Positions 24,801 through 37,900 of a stretch of 64,000 bases of DNA are shown piece after piece. The stretch lies in assembly GCF_964188315.1 (NCBI RefSeq), contig NC_135665.1:66836001-66900000 (forward strand), read 5' to 3'. A model generated the notes under the pieces. It worked only from the letters and a program-made list of their open reading frames with translations. It was not told where the DNA came from and searched no databases. Position 1 is the stretch's first letter. Each line of letters opens with the position of its first letter. The DNA comes from Podarcis muralis (lineage: Eukaryota). Both the position numbers and the translations under genes were made by a program.

Positions 24801-27800
24801 CAAGAAAGGAGGTGCCCACATCTTCCCAAACACAAGAGTAGCCAACAAGCAGGGAGCTCAGCTGGCAGCAGGTGTTTGTCCTTAGCAGATCACACCCAGA
24901 AGAGCAGGGATCCACTTCCTGCGCCACCGCTGGCTTCAGTGAGCCAGAGTGAAAAGGTTTGGCAAAGAAAAGCGGCTGCTCTTACCCTGCCCCTGCCTAA
25001 CAACCAGCACAATCGGCTTGACGGGACTTTGACTCTTGCCTAACCAGAACACAGCCTGGCTAGGGGAGCAGGCAGAGCCTGGCCCCCTTATCCCCAGTAG
25101 GCACTCGAGAGGCATTTGCCCATTCACAGAGGAAGCACCTTGGCTGCTAAGGGCGTGTCCACATTTGAGCATTACTGAGCTGCTCATCCGCTCTCTCTCT
25201 GGCCACACCCCCACAGATTTGAATCTGCCTACGAGGAGCAACTTTGATCTGCTGCACTCAAGCCAGCAGACACTCGATACCATCTCATTGGCTGACTTCA
25301 TTAAGTACCACTGGGCAGGGAGGTGGAGAGCAGGGCCTTATCTGGTGCATTCCTCGCCCCACCATTTAGACCCCTCAGATTTGCCTGTAGAATCACCAGG
25401 AAACTGCACAGGCAAATTGGGTGAATGTATTAATTGACACAGTAAACTCTGGTCTGAACAAGGCCTCTTTTTCTGAGCCAGGCTAAACAATCCTTCCAAC
25501 ACCCTCACTGGAAAAACTCCTGCTTTGAGAGAACAAATGGCTCTAGGACAGGCATCCCCAACCTTTGGCCCTCCAGATGTTTGGGACTACAATTCCCATC
25601 ATCCCTGCCCACTGGTCCTGTTAGCTAGGGATCATGGGAGCTGTAGGCCAAAACATCTGGAGGGCCGCAGGTTGGGGGTGCCTAGTCTAGGACAAAAGCT
25701 TTGCTGAGGTTACAACACAGTGATGCTGTACACAATATCTCCAATATGCAGTATCTCCAAATCTGGGAGAGTTTTGTACAGGTATTAACCAAATGAAAAA
25801 CAACAAAGACAGAAGATACCTGTCAAAGTCCTCAAATTATTGTGACATCTCTTTATTAGCTGCGGTTGGCAAAATTCTTGCAAGGATCTTAGCAAACCGC
25901 CTCCTAACTATATCTGAGGCTACCCCTTCCTGAATCCCAAAAAGGTTTCCAGTGGATATGATTTTCACTGCTCGACAGCTTCAAGAAAAATGCAGAGAGC
26001 AAAACCAACCCCTGTATATGGCGTTTATTGAGCTGACTAAGGCCTTCGACACTGTAAATCATACTGCCCTGTGGACTTTCCTTCTGAAAATCAGCTAACC
26101 ATATAAATTGTGAAGATCCTTTGGCTCTTCCAAGATAATATGATGGCAACAATCACGGATAACAATGCCTCTCAAAGTCAACCATTCACAGTGGGCTCAG
26201 GCGTTAAACAAGGATGTGTTATCACCCCAACTCTATTATTCCCATTGCCATGATCCTACACATCGTTGAAGGGAAACTCCCCTCTGCTGTAGAAATCATA
26301 TATGGAACAGATGCAAAGCTCTTCAGGCTGAGCAGGCTGAGTAAGGTTACTGTAAGGTTACTGTAACTTCTGCCATAGAGCTTCAGTACACTGATGACAA
26401 TGTAGTGTGTGCACACTCAGAGGATGAGCTCCAAGCAATGGCAGAAGATGTTTTCTGCTATGGGGAACTGGGGCGCTGCCTCCCCCCAGCCCACACCTTG
26501 AGCCTAGTCTTCCTCACCAATCCCCCCCAACCATCACAACTGACATTCTGCTCTCTCTCTCATGTCTTTCTTGGGGTCTGCACTGCCGTGCCCAGACTCC
26601 ATCCCAAGCATGTCTCTGTTCCAGGAAACCCCCCCCCCGCCCAATCATTCAGTCTGTAGAAACACGACACACACACACAAACACACTCACAAACAACGCT
26701 TCTGTTATAAATTCATAGAAAATCACCCGTACATTGGATCTGTACCGTTCCACTTTTATTTTACACCATGAAGGAAGGACTATCAAAGGGGGGAGACTTG
26801 ACACAAGGCAGCCATAATTCCCCAAGCCTGCAGCGAGCCCTACCCAGTTGGCATGCCAACCTTGATGGTTAAGAACTTTACTTCAGGATGAGAACAGAAA
26901 TCGTGCAGCGGCATAGGGAGGCCCCATTAGCTAAAGTGGTGCTTCAGGTTAAGAACAGTTTCAGGTTAAGAATGGACCTCCAGAACCAATTAAGTTCTTA
27001 ACCCAAGGTACCACCGTACATGAATTAGACATCAATCCCATTGAGCTCAATGGCGCTTCCTCCTGCCATGGAAAGGATTGCAGCTCAGCGGTCTTTGCGA
27101 TGGGGAGGATGAGGAGACCAGACCAGGAGTCAGCTCTGCCCACTGGGACCTTCAGCTCCACCCCCCACTGTTGCCCTTCCTGGCACTCCACCAGGACCCA
27201 CAGACAGGGTTTCTGCCTGGGTCCCAGCAGACGTCCCCTCGTGATCTGACGAAACAGACTTACTCCAGGCCCCCCCCCCCCAACTTGCAAAAACACTTTT
27301 GCTCACTCTTCCTGAGGCATTTGTGCCTCCCCTCCCCCCCGCTTTCTGCTCATGCTCAGTCCTCCTTTCTCCCACAATGCCCCTTGAGTCGTCAAAAGGC
27401 CCTTTGTGCGGTTGCTGCATCCACCACAATCATTTTGCCTCTCTTTATTTTCTGTGACCTTTTTGGGTGTGGAAAAGCAGCCACCGCCCCCTGACTGGCT
27501 TTACACCTGCAGCCGATTCCTCTCACTGAGCTTCCTTTACACTTTCGTATTATAAAAGAAGCGAAATGATTCATGAGCTCAGGTATCCTGCCCTCTCCAC
27601 TTCCTGGAGCATGGACTGTTTATGTTTCTCCTCAAATGGCAGCTATTCCAGCCCTACAGTCACCCTACATCCGAGAAGCGCCTTGCAGAAAGTGCCCAGC
27701 CAGCCCTCTCTTCCTTCACAACAGCCTGGGGAGGCAGGATAGTCTGCGTTCAGGGCATGGCCAGGGCGGCCAGAGTACGGGGGGGAGGCCTTTGGGGCAA

Positions 27801-30800
27801 TTCAGCCCCAGTGAGACCTGCCTGCCCCCTCCTTGGGCTCACTTTCTCTATTGCCTACTGGACGAGCATTAAAGACACTTTGCTGGCACTGAGTCTTTAG
27901 GCTCCTCAGGTAAACAGAGACACAACAGAAGAAGCTTTTGAAGGTTGGAGTCTATCAGGTGCAGCTAGAGGCTTGATTCCAAAAAATGTATTCCTGCTTC
28001 TATGCATTCACTAGTTTCTAAGGAGCCTCAACCTCCCTCCCCCCACTGCTGCTTTTGCAAAAAGGTATTATCAGTCATCTGAGTATCTGCAGTAAAACAC
28101 GAGAGCCCCATTCAAAGCTGGGTTTGTCCTTGAGATATTAATCATGCAGAGGAGGAAGGTGGGGATGAACCTGCTTGCCCAACACCCTCCTTCACCTTCC
28201 TGGTTGTCCTCCAAGAGGCAGAGGGTCAAGCCACTTTGAGCAGAGAGACTCCGTGGATCCTGTTGGCTCTTCACGAATTTTAGAGCTCGGGGGGGGGGGA
28301 CCAGGGCTCCAGAGTGCACAGGCAGCCCCCGGGAGTTCAAGAGGCTCCTTGCTGCCTATGGGAGAGTAATGAGGGGGGGAGCCCTCATCCTCCCTCCCCC
28401 ATATGACTCACTTTGAACAGAGGAAGACTTTGCAAATGGGTGGAGCTGATCCTTGAAGAGCTCCAAAAGTCCTTTCTTCTGTGTGGAGGTTACAAGAATA
28501 ATTCTGCTTGGCCCAGCAAAAAAGAGGAGGAGGAGAAGAGGGCTGGAGGAAGGTGGGTAGAAGGGCGAAAGCACAAGACAGCCAGAGGGACTTCCCTACA
28601 TTGGGAGCCCCATACTGCTCACACCATCTGCTCCTTCTTCTGCCTGCCGACCAGTCAGCCAGGCACCCTTGAAACTAGCAGCACAAGAAGGGGCAAGATG
28701 GCAGGAGACACCAAGGCCACTTAGCCTCTGGGATGCTGTTGAATCCAAGCTGCAAGCCTGCTCCTTCCCCGTCTAGGGCAGGCTGCCTCCCCGCCTCTCA
28801 GATGTGAGAACCCAGGACACATAACACCGGTCATTTCCAGAATCAGCTTAAGTTTATTAGCCCTTCTCTGCCTCCAGGCCCTGCTCTAAAACCTCAGCTG
28901 CCTCTCCTGATTCAGATGGAGCAGAGAGATAGAGCTGGGTGTCATCTCCACTCTGACACTCCCAGAAGCTTAATATAGATGTTAAAGTCCACAGGGAACA
29001 AGATGGAGCCCTTTGGGACACCACAGGGCAACTCACATGACACTGAACTGTAGCCTCCCATGACTACCCTGGAAACGGAGCCGGGAGTAAGAGTGGAATC
29101 ACTGAAGCACAGTGTCCCACCTCCCTGAGACACACCAGAAGTATCAAAAGCCACCATCTGCTCTCAAATGTGTCATTTTGGTGCAAGGGACTGAAGGTCT
29201 CTCAGTTCCAGGTGGCCTCGCATGATGCTGATTATTTGGATCCATTCCAGCTCAGACCACTTTGCTGGTCCTGATGGACGACTTATGGCAAAGGATGAAG
29301 GGGGGACAAGGGGCACTCCTGTTGTCTCTCCTTCACCTCTTAGTGGTTTCAATACCCTCAATCACAGCAACTTTCTGCTCAACTGTCTGGACTGGGCTTT
29401 GGCTTCACAAGGTCCCAGTCCTTTCAGGACGAGCCTTTTCAGAATGATGGAGCCTGGGGAGGAGGCATTTGCTCTGCCCCATGCCCCCTAACTTAGGGGT
29501 CCACATCTATGCTTTTCAGCCTCTACATGAACTGCTGGGAGGCTGTCATCCCAAGGCTTGTGGTGCAGCATCCTCAGTATGACATTTGGCTCTGCCTCTT
29601 TCGCCCACCTCCTTATCCCAGGAAGGCTGTGGGTATCCTCAGCTGGTGCAGGGGAACAGCTCTGGGCTAGATCCTGCCTTTTCTATATCCCACATGCAGC
29701 TTGGCTGACAGGTGAAGAAGCACTGTGCATCAGCTTCAGCCCACCTGGAAAGGTCTGACCTAGAAACTGTGACCTACACCGGAGTCACATCCAGGCTTAC
29801 CTACTGCAATATGCTCTGCATGGGGTTGCTCTGAAAGGCAGTTTGGAAACTTCAGCTGGTCCCAAATGTAGCCACTAGAGCAGAGGTGGTTTTAGGGCAG
29901 TGCCACCAATTTTCCCGCACTGGGTGCCAAACTAAGGGGGTGTCACATGTTGCAGGAACCCCCCCCCCCAATCATTCAGTTCGTACAAACACGACACACA
30001 CACACACACCAGCCATACATCAGATCTGTACCGTTCCACTTTTGTTTTACACCATGAAGGAAGGACTAACAAAGGGGGGAGACTTGACACAAGGCAGCCA
30101 TAATTCCCCAAGCCCGCAGCGAGCCCTACCCAGTTGGCATGCCAACCTTGATGGTCCTAGACAGAAGATCATTACACTCACAAAGGACCTGCATATGGAA
30201 GTAGATTCAGGGCAGACTGAAACAAAGGACAGTGACCGACGGCCTCGGTCCAGTATACCTGAAGGAGCGTCTCCACTTCCATCGTTCTGCCCGGACACTG
30301 AGGTCCAGCACCGAGGGCCTTCAGGCGGTTTTCTCGCTATGAGAAGCCAAGTTACAGGGAACCAGGCAGAGGGCCTTCTCGGTGGTGCTGCCCGCCCTGT
30401 GGAATGCCCTCCCACCAGATGTCAAGGAGAAAAATAACTACCAAACTTTTAGAAGACATCTGAAGGCAGCCCTGTTTAGGGAAACTTTTAATGTTTAATA
30501 GGCTATTGTATTTTAGTGTTTTTTTGGAAGCCATCCAGAGTGGCTGGGGAAACCCAGCCAGATGGGCGGGGTATAAATAATAAATTATTATTATTATTAT
30601 TCCCTCAGGGCAGGAAACAGTGAACTCCTCTTTGTCCTCAGGAATGTAATCATGGGGAGGTGACAAGACATTCAGGTTACCACCACAACTCCTCCCTCAA
30701 CCCCTCCTCTTTGTGATGTATCAATGATGTAGTCATGATGTAGTTATGATGTAGTCTTAGGGGTGTAGCATGGGGAATTAGTAGCTAATAAAAGTTGAGG

Positions 30801-33800
30801 TCTCCTTTTGTTCAGGGCTTCCATCTTGTTCTACCTTGTGGCAGGTGGGAGTCCTGTTGCGACAGTCTTCAATAAAGACCAAGCCTACTGGCTGCTGTTT
30901 TGCTCTGGGATTCCTGGCTGGTGTCCTTGTTTTTTTTGTCCAAGGGAGCCCTCAGATTTCTCTGTTAACACACAGCTATGACAAAGTGAATTAAGCAGAA
31001 TGGCTGGTGAAAGATGGGGGCTCCCCAAATTTTGGCCTTGCATTGGGGGCTGCTGAAATTTGAAAGACCAAAGTCCACCTCTGACTAGATCTTTGACGAG
31101 GAAGAGAAGTGGTCAGCTACTGTAACGCCTTCTGCTGTCCTGGCTCTGTCCTGCCTTCTGGTGCATTTCTGAGCCCAATTTAAAGTGATGGCTTTAGCCT
31201 TTAAAGCTGTAAACCGTTTGGGCCCAAGTTATCTAATGGCCTGCCTGCAGCACACACTATCAGCCTTCCCATGGGCTGAAGCCCTCTGCATGCGCCCAAC
31301 TCCTAGCTCAGTGCTGTTGGTGTCCATGAGAGAGAGGACTTTCCCTGTGGTGGCCCCCATGCCTTTGGAACTCCCTGCTGGTGGTTCTGAAGCAGACTCG
31401 GCCGCCCGTTCACCTTTGGGGAGGCGTTGAAGTTTCTCTTATGACCAGCCTGTCCTTGAGAAATGCCCTCTGGCTCAGACTGTGGGTTGCTGAGCTGTGG
31501 AAAATGTTTTAATTGCTTGGCTGAATATCTTTATTGGTTTTTTTATCTTGGGAAAGTAGGGGATGGGGAGGAAATGGAAGTTTTTTCTTTTTGTGTGTGT
31601 TGTTGATCCTTTTGTAAATGTTGACTGTTGCAAGCCCCCTTGGACAGGCGCTTTAAGGAAAGGGCTGAGAAACATTTTAAGTGAATAAACCATTGAATAA
31701 TAAGAAGGGTTGGAGTGCCGCATGACAGCCACAGGTTTGAATCTAGGTTCAGATATGAAGTCCCCTGGGGGGCTTCCCCCTGGCCGGGGGGAGGGGAGCC
31801 ATAACAAGGCAGAACTGGAACATCAACAGAGAAGCAGCTCCACCTGCCAAAGGCTGCCTGGACTTCGCCATAATTGGAAGCTGTGCCAACCTGTGGGGGT
31901 GCCCCTTGCCAGCCTCATGAAAATCCCAAAGGGTTGAGGTGCCTCCCTGCCCGCTGGTGTTTCCTGGGTGTGGCTGGGCATGGGCAGGTAGGGGTCTCAC
32001 CTGTGTGTCCATTGTTCTGGAGGCGGAGCTTCTCCCTGGGAGGCAGGCTGTAGTCAGGCAGCAGGATGGGCTCCAGCTGGGGACTGAAGAGGGCGGCCCC
32101 CGTCTCAATGTTGATGGGGGACTGCATGTGGCCCCCGCAGTGGGGGAAATCAGAGGCCCACTCTGCCTTGTCTGAAAGAGGAGGGCAGGCATCAGGGGAG
32201 GGGAGGGGCTTTTCCTTCTAGCTGCTTGTGGCCCATCTTGGGGGTTGATGAGGTCGACCTTGAAGAAGCCCTTCACCCTCATCCTGACGTTGTTGGGGGA
32301 TAAACTAAGAGGCCATCAAGGACCCCAGAGATGAGAGACGAGAGGCTCAACTTCTCCTGTCTTGCCCTTGTTGCAAAGTGGCTTCCTGGCACCTGCTTCC
32401 CTGCTATCACTCCCCCCCCCCCAAGCTGGGCCCCACACACCTCCGCGCTGAGCCAGGCCTTCAAGGGCACGTGCCAAGGTTGCTCTCCTCCCCAAGGCAA
32501 ACCGGCTGAATCTCAGAAGCAGCCGGTTCCCACAGGGCAAAGTGCCAGCAGAGGCACCTGAGCTTCCTGCTGGGGGAGGAGGGGGCCAAGGAGTGCCAGA
32601 GCCACGGAAGGCGGCTCTGGGGGCCCAGCCTCACGGGAGATGGTGGCACCTGTTCTGTGGCTGCAGAGGACTCCAGGTCCACCGCTGTGCCCGACTGAGC
32701 TGGGGGACCAACAGGACTGACTGGCAAGAGGTCTTTGCCCCCACTCTCATTGAGCCAGACCCAGACCCACCTATGCAGGCCTTGGGGTGGTGCTGATCAG
32801 GCCCAGGGAGAGCAGGGCAGCTGGCTCTGCGTGAGAGGGAGGCAGCAGGGAGCTGGCTAATCATTAAGCCCCACAGCGCCTGTTTTCTGGCCAGAAGCCT
32901 AGAGGAGAGGGAGGGGCAGCCTTCACCGCCAGCCTTTACCTGCATAGCTCCAGTGACTGTTTCCATGGCCGGGAGGAAGACCTGGAAAGAGAAAGGGAAG
33001 CCAGGGATCAGGAAGTCTGAAGGTTCTCCAGCAAGGCTCAACAGCTGCTTTACCGGCTCCCACCCTCCTGGTGAGCCTCTGGTGGAGGGTCAGGCATTAT
33101 CCTGGGAAAGGGTCCTCTACTCCCATCCCATGCAACCCCACTGCATGGCAAAGGTGGGAGAGTGCCAGGAGCCTACCAGGCCCTACCTGGTAAGGCAGCT
33201 TGGCTACCAACCAAGTTACCTTCCTACCTAGGCCAGGTATAATCCTGCTTGCCTCCAAAGGGAGGCCGGGTGGTCCAGAGAAGAGAGGTGAGTGGCTGCT
33301 CCTCCCTCCCTCCCTCCCTGCCTGCCCTTCCCCCTCCCCTGCTCACCTGCACTCCACACCTGGCTCCGTTTCTATGGTAATGGGGAGGCCAGGTCCCCAT
33401 AGCCAGTCAGGCAGCCTCATGTATGGCAGGAGAGGCAAGTGGAAGAATATATGGGAGCCTTTTATGGCTCTTTTCTCATGCTGAAAGTTTTTCACAGACA
33501 TCTTCTCAGTAACTCTTACAACCCTGTAAAGTAGTCCAACAGGATTATTCTTGTCCTGCTGAAGGAACAATGGGAGGGAGAGATTCTTGCGAAAATTCCC
33601 CTCTTGGGTCCACGACTGGGCTGAGATTTCCCCTGGAGGGCTTCTGGGCAAGCACTCAGGCACTGGGGCCCCCTCCCATGAGGCTGTTGGGGCACTTGTC
33701 CCAATAAGCACTTTCAGTTCTTAGTTCAGGGCCCTCTGTTTAGATGGTGGTTCCTTCCTAATCTCCTGCATGACTGCAAAGAAAACTCTGGGCTGTGCCC

Positions 33801-34871
33801 ACTCCCAGATCAAGCAGGGAAGACCCCGCTCTTGGCTCTGCACTATCTGCATCCCCATCTTTTGCCCTTTGGAAATCTGCTGCTCCTGGAGCTCCACATA
33901 CACCCTACTCGCCCTTGACCCACATGTTCCCCACATGCCAAACCCTTAGAAACCAAGAGGAAGGCCAGGTACAAGACTTGAACACAGTTGCCCAGTTTTG
34001 AGAGTCTGTTCTGATCAACAGGTGTGCCCTCTGTTGCAGAGAAAACTGCCTTCTATTCCCTGCACCCCCCAGCTCAGCATTGCCTCCACTGACGAGCAGC
34101 TGGCTCTTTCCCATTCCTACCTGGAGATGACATGGGGGACTGGACCTGGGACAGAGGCTACCCTTAGGCAGATGGATGCAGCTGCCCCTGGAAGCAAAAC
34201 ACCCTGGACTGTCCCTATTGAAACCTCCTGCACACAGCACAGGAGGCTGCCTGATACTGAGTCACATCCTTGGGTCCATCTAGGCCAGTGTTGTCCACAT
34301 TGACTGGCAGCACTGGGTCTCTGGGGTCTCAAGTAGAGAGTCCCTCCAAGCCCTATTCATTGGACTCCTAACCACCCTACTCTGGCCTTTCCCCCACCTG
34401 CATTCAGACTTGGGGATGTAAGAAGGAACAATAACATCATCTGGGAGGTGGCACTGAAACCACCTGAGGCATTTCCTCTAGAAGGAGGGAGGATTAAGCA
34501 AAGCTGAGCACTAGAATGTGCCAAGGACTCCAAAGCAGAAATGAAAATATTATTGCAAAAAGATGATGGGGTTGGGGGATGAGTGGAGGCTCCAGTGGCA
34601 GAAGGGACTGAATCATTTTACTGTGAAAAGATGAAAGCTCTAATAAAATCGACACCTAAAAAGGATGGGTGGGCCAGGTGGGCCTTCAGCCCCCCTCCTT
34701 GGCAGCTACTTTGCTGGAGTGCTTCCTCTGCAACCTCCTGCTCAGAACAACTTCCCCCACCAAATCGTTTTTCATGAATTTCAAAACAGTAACCAATACA
34801 AAAAGGGGAAAAGCAAGTTTCTCAGGCATACAAAAGCTAAATAAATAAAAGTCATTAGGATCTAAGAGCTC

Positions 34872-34905
<34 letters not shown>

Positions 34906-37900
34906 GGTGTAGCAGCAGTAGTAATAATTGCCCCAGCCACTCTGGGCAGCTTCCAACACATATAAAAATATAATAAACATCAAACATTAAAGACATCCAG
35001 ATACAGGGCTGCCATAATACCAAACAAATTATAATACACTATATCATTCACTTCTTTACTTCCTTTGTTACAGGATATGGCTGGTGGGAAACAAACACCT
35101 CTGGTCTATACAAGCCAACTGCACCCTGAACTGGAGGTTCTTCCCTTGCTTCATTATTTGTATATACAATAAAATAATGCCAGATTTCATGGAAATTGTC
35201 AGGTGCTTTTTGTTTTGTCCACATGACACTTAATTGTGTGATAGTGCTTCCCCAGTAAGGCTGTTTGCCAAACTATGTTATCTCACTGGTTCATATCTGG
35301 AGAATTTAAGTTTTCCAGTTTCTGGCTATGGCTGTATGTGCTGCTGGTAAAAGACATGTTACAAGCTCTTTGCTTTTTAACTGTTCAATTTCTTCCATTT
35401 ATAAATTAAGCATAGCTAATGCGGAAGAAAATGGAACACCCTGAGATGTAATTAATGAAATTTCCTGAAAAACATTTTCCCGTTCAGAACAACTTATGCC
35501 ACACATAATAATCCCCTCCTGGCAACCTGGGCCAGGAGTTCATGTGCCTGATGGATAGAGCAGTGCCTGAGGGCTGGGAGTGGGCCAGATTCCTGCAAGT
35601 CCCCCCCCCCCCCGGTGCTGGTTGCACAGACTGTAATGTGCTTCCTCCCTGCCCACCCACCCCAAGGGTGTGCAACCATGCCAGGCCCCTCAGGGGGCCA
35701 GTGTCTCTCTTCCCACAAGCCCCACATGGACGTGGCTGAGCCTGCTAAAGAGACGGGTGCGGGTGTCTTTCAGTGGATCCAAGAGTGCACTGCAGGGGCC
35801 TCTTTAAGCCTTGCTCAGCAGGCCTTAAGCCACCGCGAGGCCCACCGCAGGTTCTAGGGTGAAGCTGCCAGTGCACCCCAAGGTCTCCTGGAACTGCCCC
35901 AAGAAATGCCAGAGATGCCTTGGTTGTGACCAGTCTGCTTCCTCTCATACCAACCAGAGAGGCCATTTACTGCTAACATGAGTAAGTAGGTACAAGGTGG
36001 ATTGTGGGAGGTCTGGGATATCTTGGGCTAAATGCAGGAAACAAAAGCAAAAGGTTTGTGCAGAAACGGCAGCTTAATGTAGTTTTGTTCAGTTTCACTT
36101 TCTGGGGGGACTTTGCTGTTTTGGGCACTCCCCAAAAGCTCAGAGCAAGAGAGGCACTAAATGCCCTTCCTTATGCTCTGCCCAGATTATGGGCTCAGCC
36201 CTTCCCACCAGGTGACCAAGGAGAGGTGGAAGAGATAGAGGTGGCTTGCCCAGGAGGGGGCAGAGACCATTTGCAAGAGCCAGAGTGGTCTCTGGCGATT
36301 CCACCCAAAAGACTCCCACCTCCCATTTCTCGTCCTTGCTCAGCCCCCATTTCCTCTGCCTGGACTCCATCATTCCACCTCCTCCTCCTGCACTGATTCA
36401 GGCAATTCTCCCAACGCTTTGCTGCTTAGTTTAAAAGGATAATTCAGCGGGGAAAGCAGTGGCCTCACCTGAAATGGAATGGCCTTTGAGCTAGGCAAGA
36501 GCAACAGCGTCAAGGATGCTGCTCAGCTCCTCACAAGACAAGCAGCCATTGAGCAGCCCTTAGCACCAGCGTCCCACCAGGCTGGAGCAGGCAGGAGGGG
36601 TGGAAGGAGAAACTCCCAGTGTTGAGGCTTAGAAAAGGGGGTGGGAGTATCATAATCAGACATCAAGTGACTGAAGCAGGAGCTGGGGAGGGGCAGAAGC
36701 AGCACCCCCAGGAGCTCCCCCCGCCCGGCCTAACCAGTGTTTCAGCTCCCAGAGCTCTGCCTGAGAGGAAGCCTATGGATTTCGTCCCATTTGTGGACCT
36801 CGGGTAGGAGCCCATCCCGCCTTCTTGAGAGCTTTCTCCTGAACACGTGTAGCAACACTTACTTAGCCAAGCCCCACCAGCTCCAGTTGCTGGAAGAAAA
36901 TGCCTCTGCGGTTTCCCCCTGAAACCCACAGGATCAGGCTTCCTGATCCCTGGGGTGGAGATGGGAAAGAAAAGCCGGCTTTAAGCCTCCCCCTCCCCTC
37001 GAGGGTGACTCACTGTATGTCGGTGGACCCGTCAGTCGCTGCCGCGCCAATGAAGTGGGATGGGGAGAACCTTTAGTTGATTAACCAACTTAATAAATTG
37101 ACTGAACCTGAAGCTCTCTTGTATTTTGCATTACCTGAAGGCTCTGCATGCCCCCCCCCTTCCAGGGAGCTCACATCGACCCAATTTTTATTTAAAAGCA
37201 GCGTGAGGAGAGTATTGCAAGCGCAAGCCTGCCACAAGCTGCGCCCCCCTCGCTCCAGCCACCAGGACATTAAGGCCAGGAGGATCTTGGGCACAAACTG
37301 CTGCGGGAAGGCGGGGAAATGGCTGTGGGATCGGGTCCCTGACTGAGCCCGCCTGCTCCCCTCCCCGGCTCCCTGTACGCGGCTGGAGGTGGAACAACCA
37401 GACCTGGGCAGAGTAGTCAGGTTCTGCGTTCAGATCTTCCTTCAAGGTCAATTTCCTGATACAGGATTGCCCCAAAACGGCCATCAAAATGTAGCAGCTA
37501 ATCCATACATCAAACAGCTTTAGCCTCCACGGAAAAGAAGCCGAGAACTTTTCAGTCGAGCTCCTCTGGGAGCCTCGGCACAGCCCGGCTGCCTCTTGTC
37601 CGGGGCTCGAGAGAAAGAAGCCTCGGGGGCAGCAGCGCCGGGCAGGGAGGGGAGGGGGCGCCGCGCCGCCTAAGGGCCCCTCCCCCGGGGCCCGACTAAC
37701 TTTGTTCCTTGACTTGAGGATGGCACAAGCAGAAAGCCCAGAAAGCCCCGCGGGAAAGGGAGGGGGCTGCCGGGGGGACGCTGGCCAGTCTTTGCCTATC
37801 CGGCTCCCCAAACTAGACCACCTCCCCCCTCTCTCCCCCAGCCATTGTTCACAGAGGCCTCAGGCCGGGGGCCCGCCGGAGAAGGCGGGAATGGGGGGAG

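Noticed and set aside
33347-33480. Exon-like segment in CA9 intron 1 with a strong GTGAGC donor
   Set aside because: Each acceptor I tested puts a stop in the CA9 frame, and internal ATGs are out of phase with exon 2. At most a poison exon, with no support.
35050-35480. AT-rich block with a strong plus-strand acceptor (possible hidden exon or transposase remnant)
   Set aside because: Frames are interrupted and I cannot match any protein motif or a donor.
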